64,000 nucleotides of DNA from NCBI GenBank assembly GCA_951406725.2, contig OX597817.1:51708001-51772000 (forward strand). The letters are read 5' to 3'. This DNA is from Octopus vulgaris (taxonomy: Eukaryota). Each line of letters starts with the position of its first letter. Positions within the stretch are counted from its first letter, which is position 1. Below, in pieces: positions 40,313 through 52,685 of the stretch. Both the position numbers and the translations under genes were made by a program. The notes beneath the pieces were generated by a model, which saw nothing but the letters and a program-made list of their open reading frames with translations, did no database searches and was not told where the DNA came from.

Positions 40313-40487
40313 TATACATATATACGACGTGCTTCTTTCAGTTTCCGTCTACCAAATCCACTCACAAGGCTTTGGTCGACCCGAAGCTATAGTGGAAGAC
40401 ACTTGCGCAAGGTGCCACGCAGTGGGACTGAACCCGGAATCATGTGGTTGGTAAGCAAGCTACTTACCACACAGCCACTCCTGTGCC
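39745..40487 (-). mobile_element. SINE A with palindromic insertion in its microsatellite
   Basis: SINE halves flank a foreign block 39975-40265. Confidence 0.85.
40061..40271. repeat. Near-perfect palindrome, about 105-bp arms
   Basis: Centre at CAAACT G AGTTTG (40166); one visible mismatch. Confidence 0.95.
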
Positions 40488-41209
40488 TGATGATTTTGTC
40501 TGGGTCCAATAAAATAAACACTAGTTAACTTCTGGGGGAGAAATAATTTTGTATTTGTGCCATGCTAGAGATATTTATTTATAGCGACATAAATGAAGTG
40601 AAACCACAATCACAGGTAGAAAAAAAGTTGCCGATGCACCTTCAGTGGAGCTTGCCGCAGTTCTGCTGCACTCTCCAGGGAAAGTCCAAGGTAAACGATA
40701 AAATAGAATTGCAATTGTTTCCGTGTTTGTTGATTATTTGGTGTCTAGAATCTGATTAGTCATACATTATTAAATTTAATTCGTTTTAATATGATTATTT
40801 CAGACATCAAAATACACACACACAAATACATGTTGACACACGTGCACATACACACACGTAAACAGCACCATCTCCTACAAAACACACATACACACATGCA
40901 CGCACACTCAGGTACACACACTCATACATATACATATTTGCACTGGTGCACGTTCACACACATACATATATACACACATACATACACACACACTCGTGCA
41001 TACATTTGTACACAGGCACACGTTTACACACGTACATATATATATATATATACATACATACATACATACATACACACACACACTCATGCATACACACAGG
41101 CATACCTTTGTACAGGCATACATTTGTACACACACACACACATATATATATATATGTATATACACACACATACACGCATACACACAAGCCATATGTGATA
41201 TTTCATAAT

Positions 41210-41252
41210 AGTAATAATAATAACAACATTAATAATAATAATAAAAATAATA

Positions 41253-41288
<36 letters not shown>

Positions 41289-41311
41289 TTAATAATAATA
41301 ACAATATTAAC

Positions 41312-41370
<59 letters not shown>

Positions 41371-41420
41371 TAAAAATAATAATAAAAATAATAATAATAA
41401 CAACAACAATAATAATAATA
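41210..41420. repeat. (AAT)n microsatellite
   Basis: Direct. Confidence 0.95.
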
Positions 41421-42071
41421 GAATTCAGCATTCCAATTTATAAATTCTATGGTAACCATTATTTCAGGCACGCAACCACATAATTACCGGGTTGTTTTCT
41501 TCTTTTCCCAGAAAGTATCTTTTTAATTAATAACTGGGTTTTGAATGCAGTGAAGTGGAAGAAACGCAAAGGACACCGGACCGGACGGTTGAATGTGTTC
41601 GTGGTGTCTCTGTCTACGTTATTAAATCACATCCGGTCGTGTCTTCGTTTGCATTTTTCACAGTCCTGAATATTTAAAGCAAGTCCTAGGCAGACTCTAC
41701 AGGAATCTATTCTATACGCTATACCAATTCACAAACATATTAATATATTTTTTTTTCAGACACGAAAGCTCTTTATTTTAAACTTGTTGTGACTTTTCTG
41801 TTTTCCCAGGAAGTATTTGTATTGTAAGTTTAGTTAATTTACTTCAGTCCAGAATTGAAACTCCATCGAGTTCTCCTTTTTAAAAAAAGCTTTCCATTTG
41901 CTCAACAGAACTTGTTGCGACCTAAAACAAACTACGACTATTCTTTCATTATAAACTGCGACACGACTTGTAAAAAATCTATTTTCCTATTTTTAAATGT
42001 TCATCACGTCTAATTACTTATATACCTAGTTGCTTTGAAATCTATTGAGTTCTTAATCAGGTGTTATCGTA

Positions 42072-42640
42072 AGGCGGCGAGCTGGCTGAAACGTTAGCAC
42101 GCCGGGCGAAATGCTAAGCGGTATTTCGTCTGCCGTTACGTTCTGAGTTCAAATTCCGCCGAGGTCGACTTCGCCTTTCATCCTTTTGGGGTCGATAAAT
42201 TAAGCACCAGTTACGCACTGGGGTCGATGTAATCGACTTAATACCTATGTCTGTCCTTGTTTGTCCCCTCTATGTTTAGCCCTTGTTAATAAAGAAATAG
42301 GTATTTCGTCTGCCGTACATTCTGAGTCTCTCATGTTTAGCCCCTTGTGGGTAATAAAGAAATAGGTATTTCGTCTGCCGTGACATTCTGAGTTCAAATT
42401 CTGCCGAATTCGACTTTGCCTTTCATCCTTTTGAGGTCGATGAAATAAGTACCGGTTACGCACTGGGGTCGATATAATCGACTTAATCCGTTTGTCTGTC
42501 CTTGTTTATCCTCTCTGTGTTTAGCCCCTTGTGGGTAGTAAAGAAATAGGTATTTCGTCTGTCGTTACGTTCTGAGTTCAAATTTCGCCGAGGTCGACTT
42601 TGCCGTTCATCCTTTCGGGGTCGATAAATTAAGTACCGCA
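42072..42640 (+). mobile_element. SINE B head-to-tail array
   Basis: Junction AAGAAATAGGTATTTCGTCTG at about 42292, 42356, 42542. Confidence 0.9.
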
Positions 42641-43048
42641 TATCATAACAGTGCTCTTATGATTCCTTCAAGGATTGAGGGGCCCCAAGCAAGTCAAAGC
42701 ATTATTGGTCATTACTAGTCTGTCTTTCGCTTAAGTATGTTATATTCCTGTCTAACACTTCCATGTTCATAAAAAACAATTTAACTGCCGTATTTAATGG
42801 CATAAAAGATGCAGAATATACTAGAATCATTCCAAATTTCAGCAGCGCATATAAAAGAATTATTTTAGTGAATTAATGTATTTAATTCATGTAATGCATA
42901 TCCCGCATAAATGACCTGGAGTGATTTTCGAGACATAGTTATAATGGATAGAGCGCGTTTTATAAGCCATATGCCATCAAATGCTGCATGCGTTAATGGC
43001 TGACATTATGTACCGCTCCAATTTGTAGACGTTTAAATTTATACATAC

Positions 43049-43186
43049 TCTCGGCTCTGTGAATTATGTTTCAATCGTCAGATGTTGCTTATTGACCAAT
43101 AAATATTTTTGCCTTGATGACAAAGTTACCGTCACCTTAATTTTTCTCATAAATGTCATTTGGTCGATGCTGACGACGCATTTTTC
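43049..43186 (-). pseudogene. Candidate 138-nt exon with an in-frame stop
   Basis: atatacag|GAA...AGA|gtatgt; EKCVVSIDQMTFMRKIKVTVTLSSRQKYLLVNKQHLTIET*FTEPR. Confidence 0.25.
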
Positions 43187-43588
43187 CTGTATATTAACAT
43201 TCTATATTATAAAACAGTTTACCAGTGGGCGGTATTCGCTTCAGACATTTTTTTTATGTACAAGTGTCATCCATTTCATCCACTGATATTTTTACGTGGC
43301 TATTTTAAGTTCGTTTTCCTCCTTTTATCAGGATTAAGGTGAATGATATACCATGGTCAAATGAAGAGATGTACACAAAGAAAGTTGCATAGCAACTGCT
43401 TTAAGAGCTTGCACATTTGCAGCATTATATATATAGAATTATAGAGAAGCAAGTCTAAGAAAGCAGAGATCGAGCGGGTTTATCTGACGTCAGTATTAAG
43501 CATTCTCGATCGGCATTTATGTAGATGTTTCTTAGTGATAATTATATTTCTCCGTTTTGGTGACACAGTGCAACTTCCTGTTCATATC

Positions 43589-43637
<49 letters not shown>

Positions 43638-43641
<4 letters not shown>

Positions 43642-44148
43642 TATATGAAAGAACGGAGTTGAACGACTTGTTAACAAATTTCCTTTATTTTCGACATATG
43701 TTTCGAAGGCTGCATATTCCTAATTCCGAAGGAATAAGGAGTACATTATGCAGATTTCTCATCAGGAAAGGCAAGGAACTTATGTCGACATCAAAATGCA
43801 CAAAAAACTTTCAGCTAAAAGTTTTTTGTGCATTTTGATGTCGACATAAGTTCCTTGCCTTTCCTGATGAGAAATCTGCATAATGTACTCCATATTCCTT
43901 CGGAATTAGGAATATGCAGCCTTCGAAACATATGTCGAAAATAAAGGAAATTTGTTAACAAGTCGTTCAACTCCATTCTTTCATATACTTATAATTTTAA
44001 AATAAACATACACATTTCCGCACGAAAGCACGTAGTCTATGCCCTAGGGACGTAACTTCAACCGTGTTCTTTCTGATGTGAATTTGCTACCCAGGTATCG
44101 GTTATCTTTCGAATTATCCTTAATAAGATAATTCATTCAACTACTCAA
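43638..44148. mobile_element. Solo Penelope terminal repeat as a snap-back palindrome with two hammerheads
   Basis: Arms 43638-43811 / 43818-43992; hammerheads 43688-43770 (-) and 43860-43941 (+) CUGAUGA-GAA..UUC-GAAACAUAUGUC; same family as the 29.6-32.4 kb element. Confidence 0.9.
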
Positions 44149-44319
44149 ATATATATATATATATATATTATTTACCGAAATTTACCGGTAAATAATTGTT
44201 GGTTGTCTAAAAAACCACGAAAAAATTATTTACCCTTTTTTATTATATATATAGATATAGCTATATAGCTAGATAGATAGATAGCTGGATGGATGGATGG
44301 ATGGATGGATGGATGGATG

Positions 44320-44398
<79 letters not shown>

Positions 44399-44399
44399 G

Positions 44400-44454
<55 letters not shown>

Positions 44455-44455
44455 G

Positions 44456-44487
<32 letters not shown>

Positions 44488-45640
44488 CATACATACATAC
44501 ATACATACATACATACATACATACATACATACATACATACATACATAAAATACAGTGTACATTTAAACACATTAAGAGGTTTCCATCATAGGACTCCCTT
44601 ACGCTAGAAGGAACAGCTAAAGTCCAAACTACTAATTAAGAATAAATTCTCAAAAGGAATGAAAAATAAAAACATTTACCACCTATTTCCTGGACCATGG
44701 TTTCTGACTTATTTTAGCAAAAAAATAATTTGCTTGGCAAAGTCTTCGTCAACAGGTACGCCAACATTAAACATATAAACACGATATTATTAATTATACA
44801 TATATATATATGTGTGTATATATATGTGTGTGTGTGTGTGTGTAATGATTTAAGCTCGCATGTTTCTAATAACTAATGATTCAAGTTGAACTAAGTTACA
44901 TACATTTTGAGGGGGTTAATAATTTATTTTCCGTTGTATCTCAAGAGGTTCATTCACTAATAAGCACACATTCTATATTGCTTCTTATTATTATTATTTT
45001 TATCATCATCATCGTTATTGTGAGCATGCATGGCCTAGAACGCAAAGCCGGAAGAAATGCCGCAAAGCATTTTGTCCAGAGTGCTAACGATTCTGCCATT
45101 TCAGCGCCTTAAATGACAAATAATATTAAAGAAATGAAATCGAACTAGATGCGGTCGATCATAACCTTTATCTTCTTTTGTTTTTTACTCTAAGATCGAT
45201 GTATAAGTACCAGACATCTACTGGGGTTGATGTATTCTTCACTAGTTACAGATGTCTTATGCTAACTTAAGAAACTAATATATAATATTAGTTGTAGTAC
45301 ATTAAATTTTGTATTCTCTTAGCAAATGTCCATCTTGCGAGAGATGTAACGTACCACGATATGAGATAACAATGTTAATAAGCGTTCTTGCCTCTTGGGT
45401 CGACGACAATATTGGTGGAATGACTAGAACCAGGAAGATATTTATTAGATTGCGTATATTGCTACAAGTCGTTGCATATGATTAAAGAATTAGAGGGAAA
45501 AAATTAACCAGAAAATCGCTAGATTATATGTAAGTCTCCCTTTCTCTCTCTATATATATATAAATATGTGTGTGTGTGTATTTATATATATATTTATATA
45601 CATATATGTTTGTGTATACACACATGTATATATGTGTGTG

Positions 45641-45684
<44 letters not shown>

Positions 45685-45717
45685 TTATATAGCCATATAA
45701 AATACACATATATATAT

Positions 45718-45774
<57 letters not shown>

Positions 45775-45777
<3 letters not shown>

Positions 45778-46200
45778 GCTGCGGTAAATAAACAGTCGTC
45801 TAAATTACGCAAAAATGGAAATAACACTGGCATCTTATTTTAAGAGATATATTTACCAAAATTACATAAAAATATCTTGAAATACTAAAGGGTAAATTTA
45901 TTCGATAAAATCAGCATTGACTTCAACCACGGCCTCCAAACGACTTTGGAAGATTCTAGACGGCCTCCTTGTTTAAGTTGGTGAAGGCTGTCATAATCCT
46001 TGCCTTCAGTTCATCTTTGGGGTTACAAGGAGTTTTGTCGGTCACTCTCTCAACATAATAGTCAGAGGAGATGGAGTCTAGGGGTGGGGGTAGTTGGTGG
46101 CCAGATGGTCTGGGTGATGTGGTCGCAGATATTGTCTGACAGCCATGCCTTGGTTCTCCTGCTTGTGTGGCATTATGCAGAGTCCTATTGATTTCCTGAT
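45775..46200 (-). mobile_element. Tc1/mariner transposase 3' remnant
   Basis: [29 protein letters not shown]...KTPCNPKDELKARIMTAF...RLEAVVEVNADFIE*, with frameshifts; ends CAGG next to TA. Confidence 0.75.
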
Positions 46201-46204
46201 GTTA

Positions 46205-46235
<31 letters not shown>

Positions 46236-46979
46236 CGTATGTATATATATATATACATATATACACATACGTATATATATATATATATATATACACATAC
46301 ATATATATATATATACATATATATACACATACTTATATATATATACATATATATACACATACATATATATACACATATATATACACATCCATATATATAT
46401 ATACATATATATACACATACTTATATATATATACATATATATACACATACATATATATATATACACATATATATACACATACATATATATATATACATAT
46501 ATATACACATACATATATATATATACATATATATACACATACATATATATATATATACATATATATACACATACATATATATATATACATATATATACAC
46601 ATACATATATATATATATACATATATATACACATACATATATATATATACATATATATACACATACATATATATATATACATATATATACACATACATAT
46701 ATATATATACATATATATACACATACATATATATACATATATATACACATACATACATATATATACATATATATACACATACATATATATATACATATAT
46801 ATACACATACATATATATACACATACATATATATATATACATATCTATACACATACATATATATATACATATATATACAAATACATATATATATACATAT
46901 ATATACACATGCATATATATATATATACATACATATATATATATACATACATATATATATATACATACATATATATATA

Positions 46980-47353
46980 CTAGCAGTATCGCCCGGCGTT
47001 GCTCAGGTTTGTAAGGAAATAACTATAAAGCATTTTTAGAGAGTTATAGCCAAAAAATAGCAAAAAAATGGAAAAAAATTATGGTAAATTTTTTTTAGTT
47101 AAAAAAGGTGGAGTTGCGTCCCCTAGACAGTTTGTGTTTCTGATTCTGGACCCCATGTCGAATTTATCGATTTTTTTTCAGAACTGGATGCTCTTTTCAA
47201 AATTTTCGCTGCGTTAGTTTTGAATTATGACATTGGGCTATGTGTGTGTCAAGTTTCATCAGAATCGGTTGAAAGCCGTGGTCAGGGTGAAGGTACAAGC
47301 AAACAGACACACAGAAACACGCACAGACAAACTGCCGTTTATATATAGAGAGA
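46980..47353 (-). mobile_element. Non-autonomous Helitron
   Basis: Minus strand begins TC after A, ends in imperfect hairpin CCTGAGCAACGCCGGG then CTAG before T. Confidence 0.7.
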
Positions 47354-47439
47354 TATACATACATATATATATATATATACATACATACATTCATACATAC
47401 ATATATACATATATATACATACATACATATATATACATA

Positions 47440-47471
<32 letters not shown>

Positions 47472-47685
47472 GTACATACATATATACATACATATATGTA
47501 TACATACATATATACATACATATATATATACATACATTATACATACATATATACATACATATATACATACATACATATATACATACATATATACATACAT
47601 ACATATATACATACATATATACATACATATATACATACATACATATATACATACATATATGCATACATACATATATACATACATA

Positions 47686-50600
47686 TAACTTAGAATAACT
47701 TAGAAAGGTTTTTGGCCAGTATTGGCCCAGGCCATGTCTAACTTAATAGCACCACCTGGCGAAGTCTTTCAGTTCAGGATTTGGGCACCAAGGCCCATTC
47801 GAGCAGAGAGTTATTGTTTGCGGAGACATATCCGGGTGTGGATGGTTTGTCCGGTACTGTTTGAAGGAATTTGTCCAAAGACTTCTTGAATTTTGTGTGG
47901 TCAGTTTCTTTTTTGACGTGTCCTGGTGTAATGTTGAAGAGAGCGGGTCCAATTGAGGTGAAATAGTTGTGCCGTATTGTCGTTATGTGATGCGATTTAG
48001 ATTTTTGTTGTGGACGGATGGCACGTGGTCCAAGCCTTGGATGCATTTTGAAGGTGATGCCAACATCATTCGGACAGTGCTGATGGAATATTTTCCACAT
48101 CATACAGATAATGTAGCGTTCACGGCGTCGTTGGAGTGAATACAATTTCAGCTTCTCTAGTCTACCCCAGTAGTCAAGGTCTGACATGCCATCTATCTTT
48201 TTTGTGATTGACCTTTGGGGAGCTTCAATTCTCATAATATTTTGTTTTGTGTAGGGAGACCACAGTGGACAGCAGTATTCAAGGTGGGGTCGGGCAAAAG
48301 TGGAGAAGAGAAGGATAATAGCGTGGGAATCTCTCGACTGGAAGGTTCTGAGAATCCAGGAACACATTCTGCGGGCCATGTCAACTTTGCTGCTTATATG
48401 TGTAGCCCAGCTTATGTTGTTGTCCACTGTTACTCCCAGGTCTCTGATGTTGTTGGATGCCATGAGAATTTCTCCAGAAGGAAGAGAGTATGGGAGTTTC
48501 AGAGCGTCCTCCCTTCCAAAGTGGATCAGTTCGAATTTGTCTTCATTTAGCAACATGTTATTCTTTTCCGCCCATTGGACAACAGCTAGTAGGTCTGACT
48601 GAAGGTTTATTCGGTCATCCACGCCATTGATGACCTTCCGGAGCTTGGAATCATCAGCGAAGGTTCTGATGTTGCTGTGTTTGATGGTGTCAGTAATATC
48701 ATTTATGTAGATGATGAAGAGAAGTGGGCCCAACACAGTGCCTTGTGGGACACCACTGCTGACTTTGGCTGGGCTGGATTTGACTCCTTCGACTACAACA
48801 TGTTGGGTTCTGTTAGAGAGGAAGCACTTGATCCATTGCAGCAGCTTTCCAGTGACACCAATATTGGACAGCTTTCTCAGAAGGATCTTATGATCAACCC
48901 TGTCAAAGGCCTTGCTGAAATCAAGGTAGATGACATCAGTGTTGGAACCCTCTCCCAAGGCTCTCAAAATGTCATCAAAATGATGCAGTAGCTGCGTCAG
49001 GCAATCTCTCCCATTACGGAATCCATGCTGGTTGGGGTTCAGCATATTATGACTCTCAAGGAAGTGAGTCATACGCGATCTCAGCACCCTCTCAAATACC
49101 TTGATGATATGAGAGGTGAGTGAGATTGGACGGTAATTCACGGCAAGCGATTTGTTTCCTTTTTTGAAAACTGGGACAACAGACTGGGATAGAAGGTCTT
49201 CTGGTATATATCCAGCATCCAATGAGTTCCGCCACAGATTGGCTAGAGGGGGTGCAAGTTGGTTTTGACACATCTTCAAGACACAAGCAGGGAACCTATC
49301 GGGACCTACTGCTGAATTATGCTTCATTTCCTTTATTGCTGCTAAGACATCAGGAGCGCCAAATGTTATGTCCGATAAAGTGTATTGGGGAGTAACATCA
49401 CTGATACAGCCCAGATCAGTCATATCAGGATTGCTGAAAACAGAGCAATATTGTTTCTGCAATATTTCTCCCATGGTTTTGGCATTGTCTTGAAGAATAC
49501 CATTTTCATCCATCAGAGGGCCAACAGTAGAACCAGTGACTCTGTGTTTTTTTGCAAATGAAAAGAACACTTTGGGATTGAGTTTGATCTTCTCAATGGC
49601 CCAGGCCTCTTCAGCTCTTCGCTGACTATTGATGATAGACATCATGTTGTTTTGGAGTTTATGTTTTTTAATCTCTAGCGACGAGATGGCAGTCAGGTTG
49701 GTGTGTTGCTGTTGACAGTATTTCAGCATGTTGATCTTTTTGTTGATTCTTTTAATTTTCCTTATGAGAGATTTTCTATTTCTAGGGATTCGACACTTAG
49801 ATTTGTTTGCAGATCTTAATGGGGTGTGTCTTGCACATATGTTCGTGATGGTGTCTACAAGTGACTGCCAGGACTTTTTGATGTTAGTGGGTGTGTATGT
49901 GTGCGTGAAGGACCAATCGACTTGTGCAAGATCATTATTGATCGCTTCCCAGTTTGCATTGTGGAAATCCATAGTGTCAAATGGATGAACAGGAGGGATG
50001 ACATTTGTTTTGCATTTTGGCCAGTGAAATCTCAGATCACAGAGAACCATGTCATGGTCGGAGAGTAGGGTTTTCTCCACTGCAATATTGTGGATAGTAT
50101 CAGTGTGATTGCTGAAAATTAAGTCTAAGACGTTTTTGTGACATCTCGTTGGTTCGAGTACCAGTTGGGACAAGAAGAAGTCATCCATGAAGTCAAGAAG
50201 CGATTCCACTGCCTCCCTGTCAGGGGTTGAGAGAGAAGAACCTGGCGGCAGACTGTTTATAGACCAGTCAACCCCGGGAAGGTTGAAATCTCCCATCATT
50301 AAAATGTTGTCAGGTTGACACTGCTGAATGAAACACTTTATGCTGTTGAGGCATTCCTTGAAGCATGGTAGGGGCGTTTGGGGTGGTCTGTAGAGCCCAA
50401 CTACTGTTAAGTTGTTGGTTTGACTGAATACAGCGACTGCTTCGCAGTATCCATTCGAAAATATGTTCATGGCTTCTGTTGAGAATGAATCATGGACATA
50501 AATGGCAGTCCCACCCTTTCTTCTGCCAACACGATCAGCACGAATGGTTTTGAAATTTTTAACTTTCACCTCGGCTTCCAAGTGGAGGTCACTAAGATGG

Positions 50601-52383
50601 GTTTCAGTGAGGACGAAGAAAGGGATGTGGTTTGGATGGGCCTCGACCCAGTCCTCCAGGAATCTTATCTTCCATTTTTGTGTATTGGTGGAAGGGCTGA
50701 TGCCTTGGGCATTAAGCAGAAATGTTGAGGCGAGAGTGGATGGTTTTAATTGTTTTGGTGATTTGTTTATTTGATTGCTTTTTAATGGCATGTGTAGTGG
50801 GGTAATAGTGGTGGATGGCGGTGGGTGATAGCTCGGATGTTTTTTTCCAGTTCTTTTGCTAGATTCATTATAGCTAAAAGAGGAAGAAGAGGTGGTTTCC
50901 TGTCTAGGGAACCGCAGGTGACTGTGGCTGCGGCTATTTTTATGTGAGTGGTTATCTTTAAATGTCCGACGAGTCCCCGGGAGATGGGTAAAGGGGCAAT
51001 CCCTGTGCAAACACAATCTGTCTCGCTGGGAATAGCGGCAGATTTGGGGATTCCTTGTTTGAGATATTGGTGGTTGTGGTGATGTTGTATTATGGTGGTT
51101 GCTGTTGTAGTTTGTGGGGATAGAGCGTTTTGTTCCAGGTAAATGGGTGAATTTGCAGTCTCTATCAGTGCACAGTCTATGGCGAAGAGAATATCGGCAA
51201 ATGATGGGGTTTCGAGTGGGTGTGTAGGTGCGTGTATGTGTGTGAGCTGTGAAAGGTGTAGATGATAGTTTGAAGTTTTGGCGACCTTTGTGACCTGTAG
51301 GAGGTAAATTCCTTGAGATAGCATTAGTAGTAGTAGCTGTAGTAGTAGTAGTAGTAGTAGGTAGAAGAGATGTTGACGGTGGTAATGATTGAGGAGGTCG
51401 ATTCCAAGACAAAGATGTTTGTCGATATATAGTGGGAGTAGTACTAGTAGTAGTAAGCAGAGGAGATGGTGTTGACAATGATGATGATTGAGCTGCTGGG
51501 GCAGTGAAAGGAAGGGGTGGTGCTTCCTGCTGTGTGACCCTGATGACTGGGGGGTCAATCGTTTCATTTAGCAAATCGGCCATTGTAGATGAATCAAGGA
51601 GTGGTTCATCCTGTTGTTGTTGTTGAGGTTGTTGTTGTTGCCTCTGAGGTTGTTGCTGCTGAAGTTGTTGTTGTTGCTGTAACTGTTGTTGTTGTTGTTG
51701 TTGCCGCTGAGTTTGTTGTTGTTGAGGTTGTTGTTGTTGTTGTTGCGCCGGTGATGCGTTCGAAGAGAAAACAGATCTCAGTTTATCGAAGTGTTTATTT
51801 ATTAATTTAAAAGCAACTTCGATTTGTTTTAATTTATTTTGGATCTGCTGTTCAGATCGAGTTTGCAAATGGTGAACTGTTCGTTTAGCAATTTCGTTCA
51901 GACACGAAGCACCTATGCTCTCTGTTTCGGTAAGGCCATGCCATGTGTTGATAAGAACGTCGACTTCATTATCAGACCAGTTTTTGTTGGATTTTTGGTG
52001 GCTAGCCATTCTGGTTGATATGTTTTATTAAATTTTATTTTGTTCGTTCGTTTTGTTGATTACTTTTAATTATTATTATTATTTTTTTTTTTTTTTTAAG
52101 GAGAAGTATGTAGAATTGATTGTACAGAATGTTTGTTGTAATACTGAGAAGTTTGTATTTGAATTATGAGCTTGTAGTTATTTTATCTTTCTTTTCTTTT
52201 TTTTTTTTTTTTCCCTCTTTTTCTAATTTTTAATGTGTGGGTGATCCTTTAGTTATCAGAAGGTGTTTGAAAATATTTGGTCGTTTGAAAATTATGAAAA
52301 TAGTTTGTGGTTAAGGAAAAGTCTACTCACGAGTTGGGAAAAAGCGTGGTTTCAAATATACAGGAATATATGTGATGGTCAAT
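47686..52383 (-). mobile_element. Full-length CR1/L2-group LINE
   Basis: About 375-nt 5' UTR, one long ORF, short 3' UTR ending (TTCTAAGTTA)2; (TA/TACA)n on both sides. Confidence 0.92.
47774..52009 (-). CDS. 1411-aa LINE polyprotein: Myb/SANT-like, polyQ, 2 CCCH fingers, APE endonuclease, reverse transcriptase
   Basis: APE motifs NAQG, LTETHL, GLYRPP, GDFNLP, LDLIF, SDH; RT motifs [43 protein letters not shown]; no stops. Confidence 0.95.
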   Translation of the reverse strand: MASHQKSNKNWSDNEVDVLINTWHGLTETESIGASCLNEIAKRTVHHLQTRSEQQIQNKLKQIEVAFKLINKHFDKLRSVFSSNASPAQQQQQQPQQQQTQRQQQQQQQLQQQQQLQQQQPQRQQQQPQQQQQDEPLLDSSTMADLLNETIDPPVIRVTQQEAPPLPFTAPAAQSSSLSTPSPLLTTTSTTPTIYRQTSLSWNRPPQSLPPSTSLLPTTTTTTTATTTNAISRNLPPTGHKGRQNFKLSSTPFTAHTHTRTYTPTRNPIICRYSLRHRLCTDRDCKFTHLPGTKRSIPTNYNSNHHNTTSPQPPISQTRNPQICRYSQRDRLCLHRDCPFTHLPGTRRTFKDNHSHKNSRSHSHLRFPRQETTSSSSFSYNESSKRTGKKHPSYHPPPSTTITPLHMPLKSNQINKSPKQLKPSTLASTFLLNAQGISPSTNTQKWKIRFLEDWVEAHPNHIPFFVLTETHLSDLHLEAEVKVKNFKTIRADRVGRRKGGTAIYVHDSFSTEAMNIFSNGYCEAVAVFSQTNNLTVVGLYRPPQTPLPCFKECLNSIKCFIQQCQPDNILMMGDFNLPGVDWSINSLPPGSSLSTPDREAVESLLDFMDDFFLSQLVLEPTRCHKNVLDLIFSNHTDTIHNIAVEKTLLSDHDMVLCDLRFHWPKCKTNVIPPVHPFDTMDFHNANWEAINNDLAQVDWSFTHTYTPTNIKKSWQSLVDTITNICARHTPLRSANKSKCRIPRNRKSLIRKIKRINKKINMLKYCQQQHTNLTAISSLEIKKHKLQNNMMSIINSQRRAEEAWAIEKIKLNPKVFFSFAKKHRVTGSTVGPLMDENGILQDNAKTMGEILQKQYCSVFSNPDMTDLGCISDVTPQYTLSDITFGAPDVLAAIKEMKHNSAVGPDRFPACVLKMCQNQLAPPLANLWRNSLDAGYIPEDLLSQSVVPVFKKGNKSLAVNYRPISLTSHIIKVFERVLRSRMTHFLESHNMLNPNQHGFRNGRDCLTQLLHHFDDILRALGEGSNTDVIYLDFSKAFDRVDHKILLRKLSNIGVTGKLLQWIKCFLSNRTQHVVVEGVKSSPAKVSSGVPQGTVLGPLLFIIYINDITDTIKHSNIRTFADDSKLRKVINGVDDRINLQSDLLAVVQWAEKNNMLLNEDKFELIHFGREDALKLPYSLPSGEILMASNNIRDLGVTVDNNISWATHISSKVDMARRMCSWILRTFQSRDSHAIILLFSTFARPHLEYCCPLWSPYTKQNIMRIEAPQRSITKKIDGMSDLDYWGRLEKLKLYSLQRRRERYIICMMWKIFHQHCPNDVGITFKMHPRLGPRAIRPQQKSKSHHITTIRHNYFTSIGPALFNITPGHVKKETDHTKFKKSLDKFLQTVPDKPSTPGYVSANNNSLLEWALVPKS

Positions 52384-52449
52384 TATACATATATATATAT
52401 ACATATATATATACATATATATATATACATACATATATATATACATACA

Positions 52450-52486
<37 letters not shown>

Positions 52487-52685
52487 GTATACATACATAT
52501 ATATATATATATACATACATATATACATATACATACATATATACATACATATATATATATACATACATACATATATATATACATACATACATATATACAT
52601 ACATACATATATACATACATATATACATACATATATATATATACATATATATATACATACATATATATATATATACATACATATA

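Noticed and set aside
41540-41670. Imperfect inverted repeat as a MITE or pre-miRNA
   Set aside because: Arms are too mismatched, single copy, no TSD evident.
42300-42550. Ribozyme inside the SINE B tandem unit
   Set aside because: No CUGANGA...GAAA arrangement found on either strand by eye; other ribozyme classes were not testable.
48215-51810. Antisense and alternate-frame ORFs within the LINE
   Set aside because: Shadow ORFs of the long coding region with no recognisable motifs.
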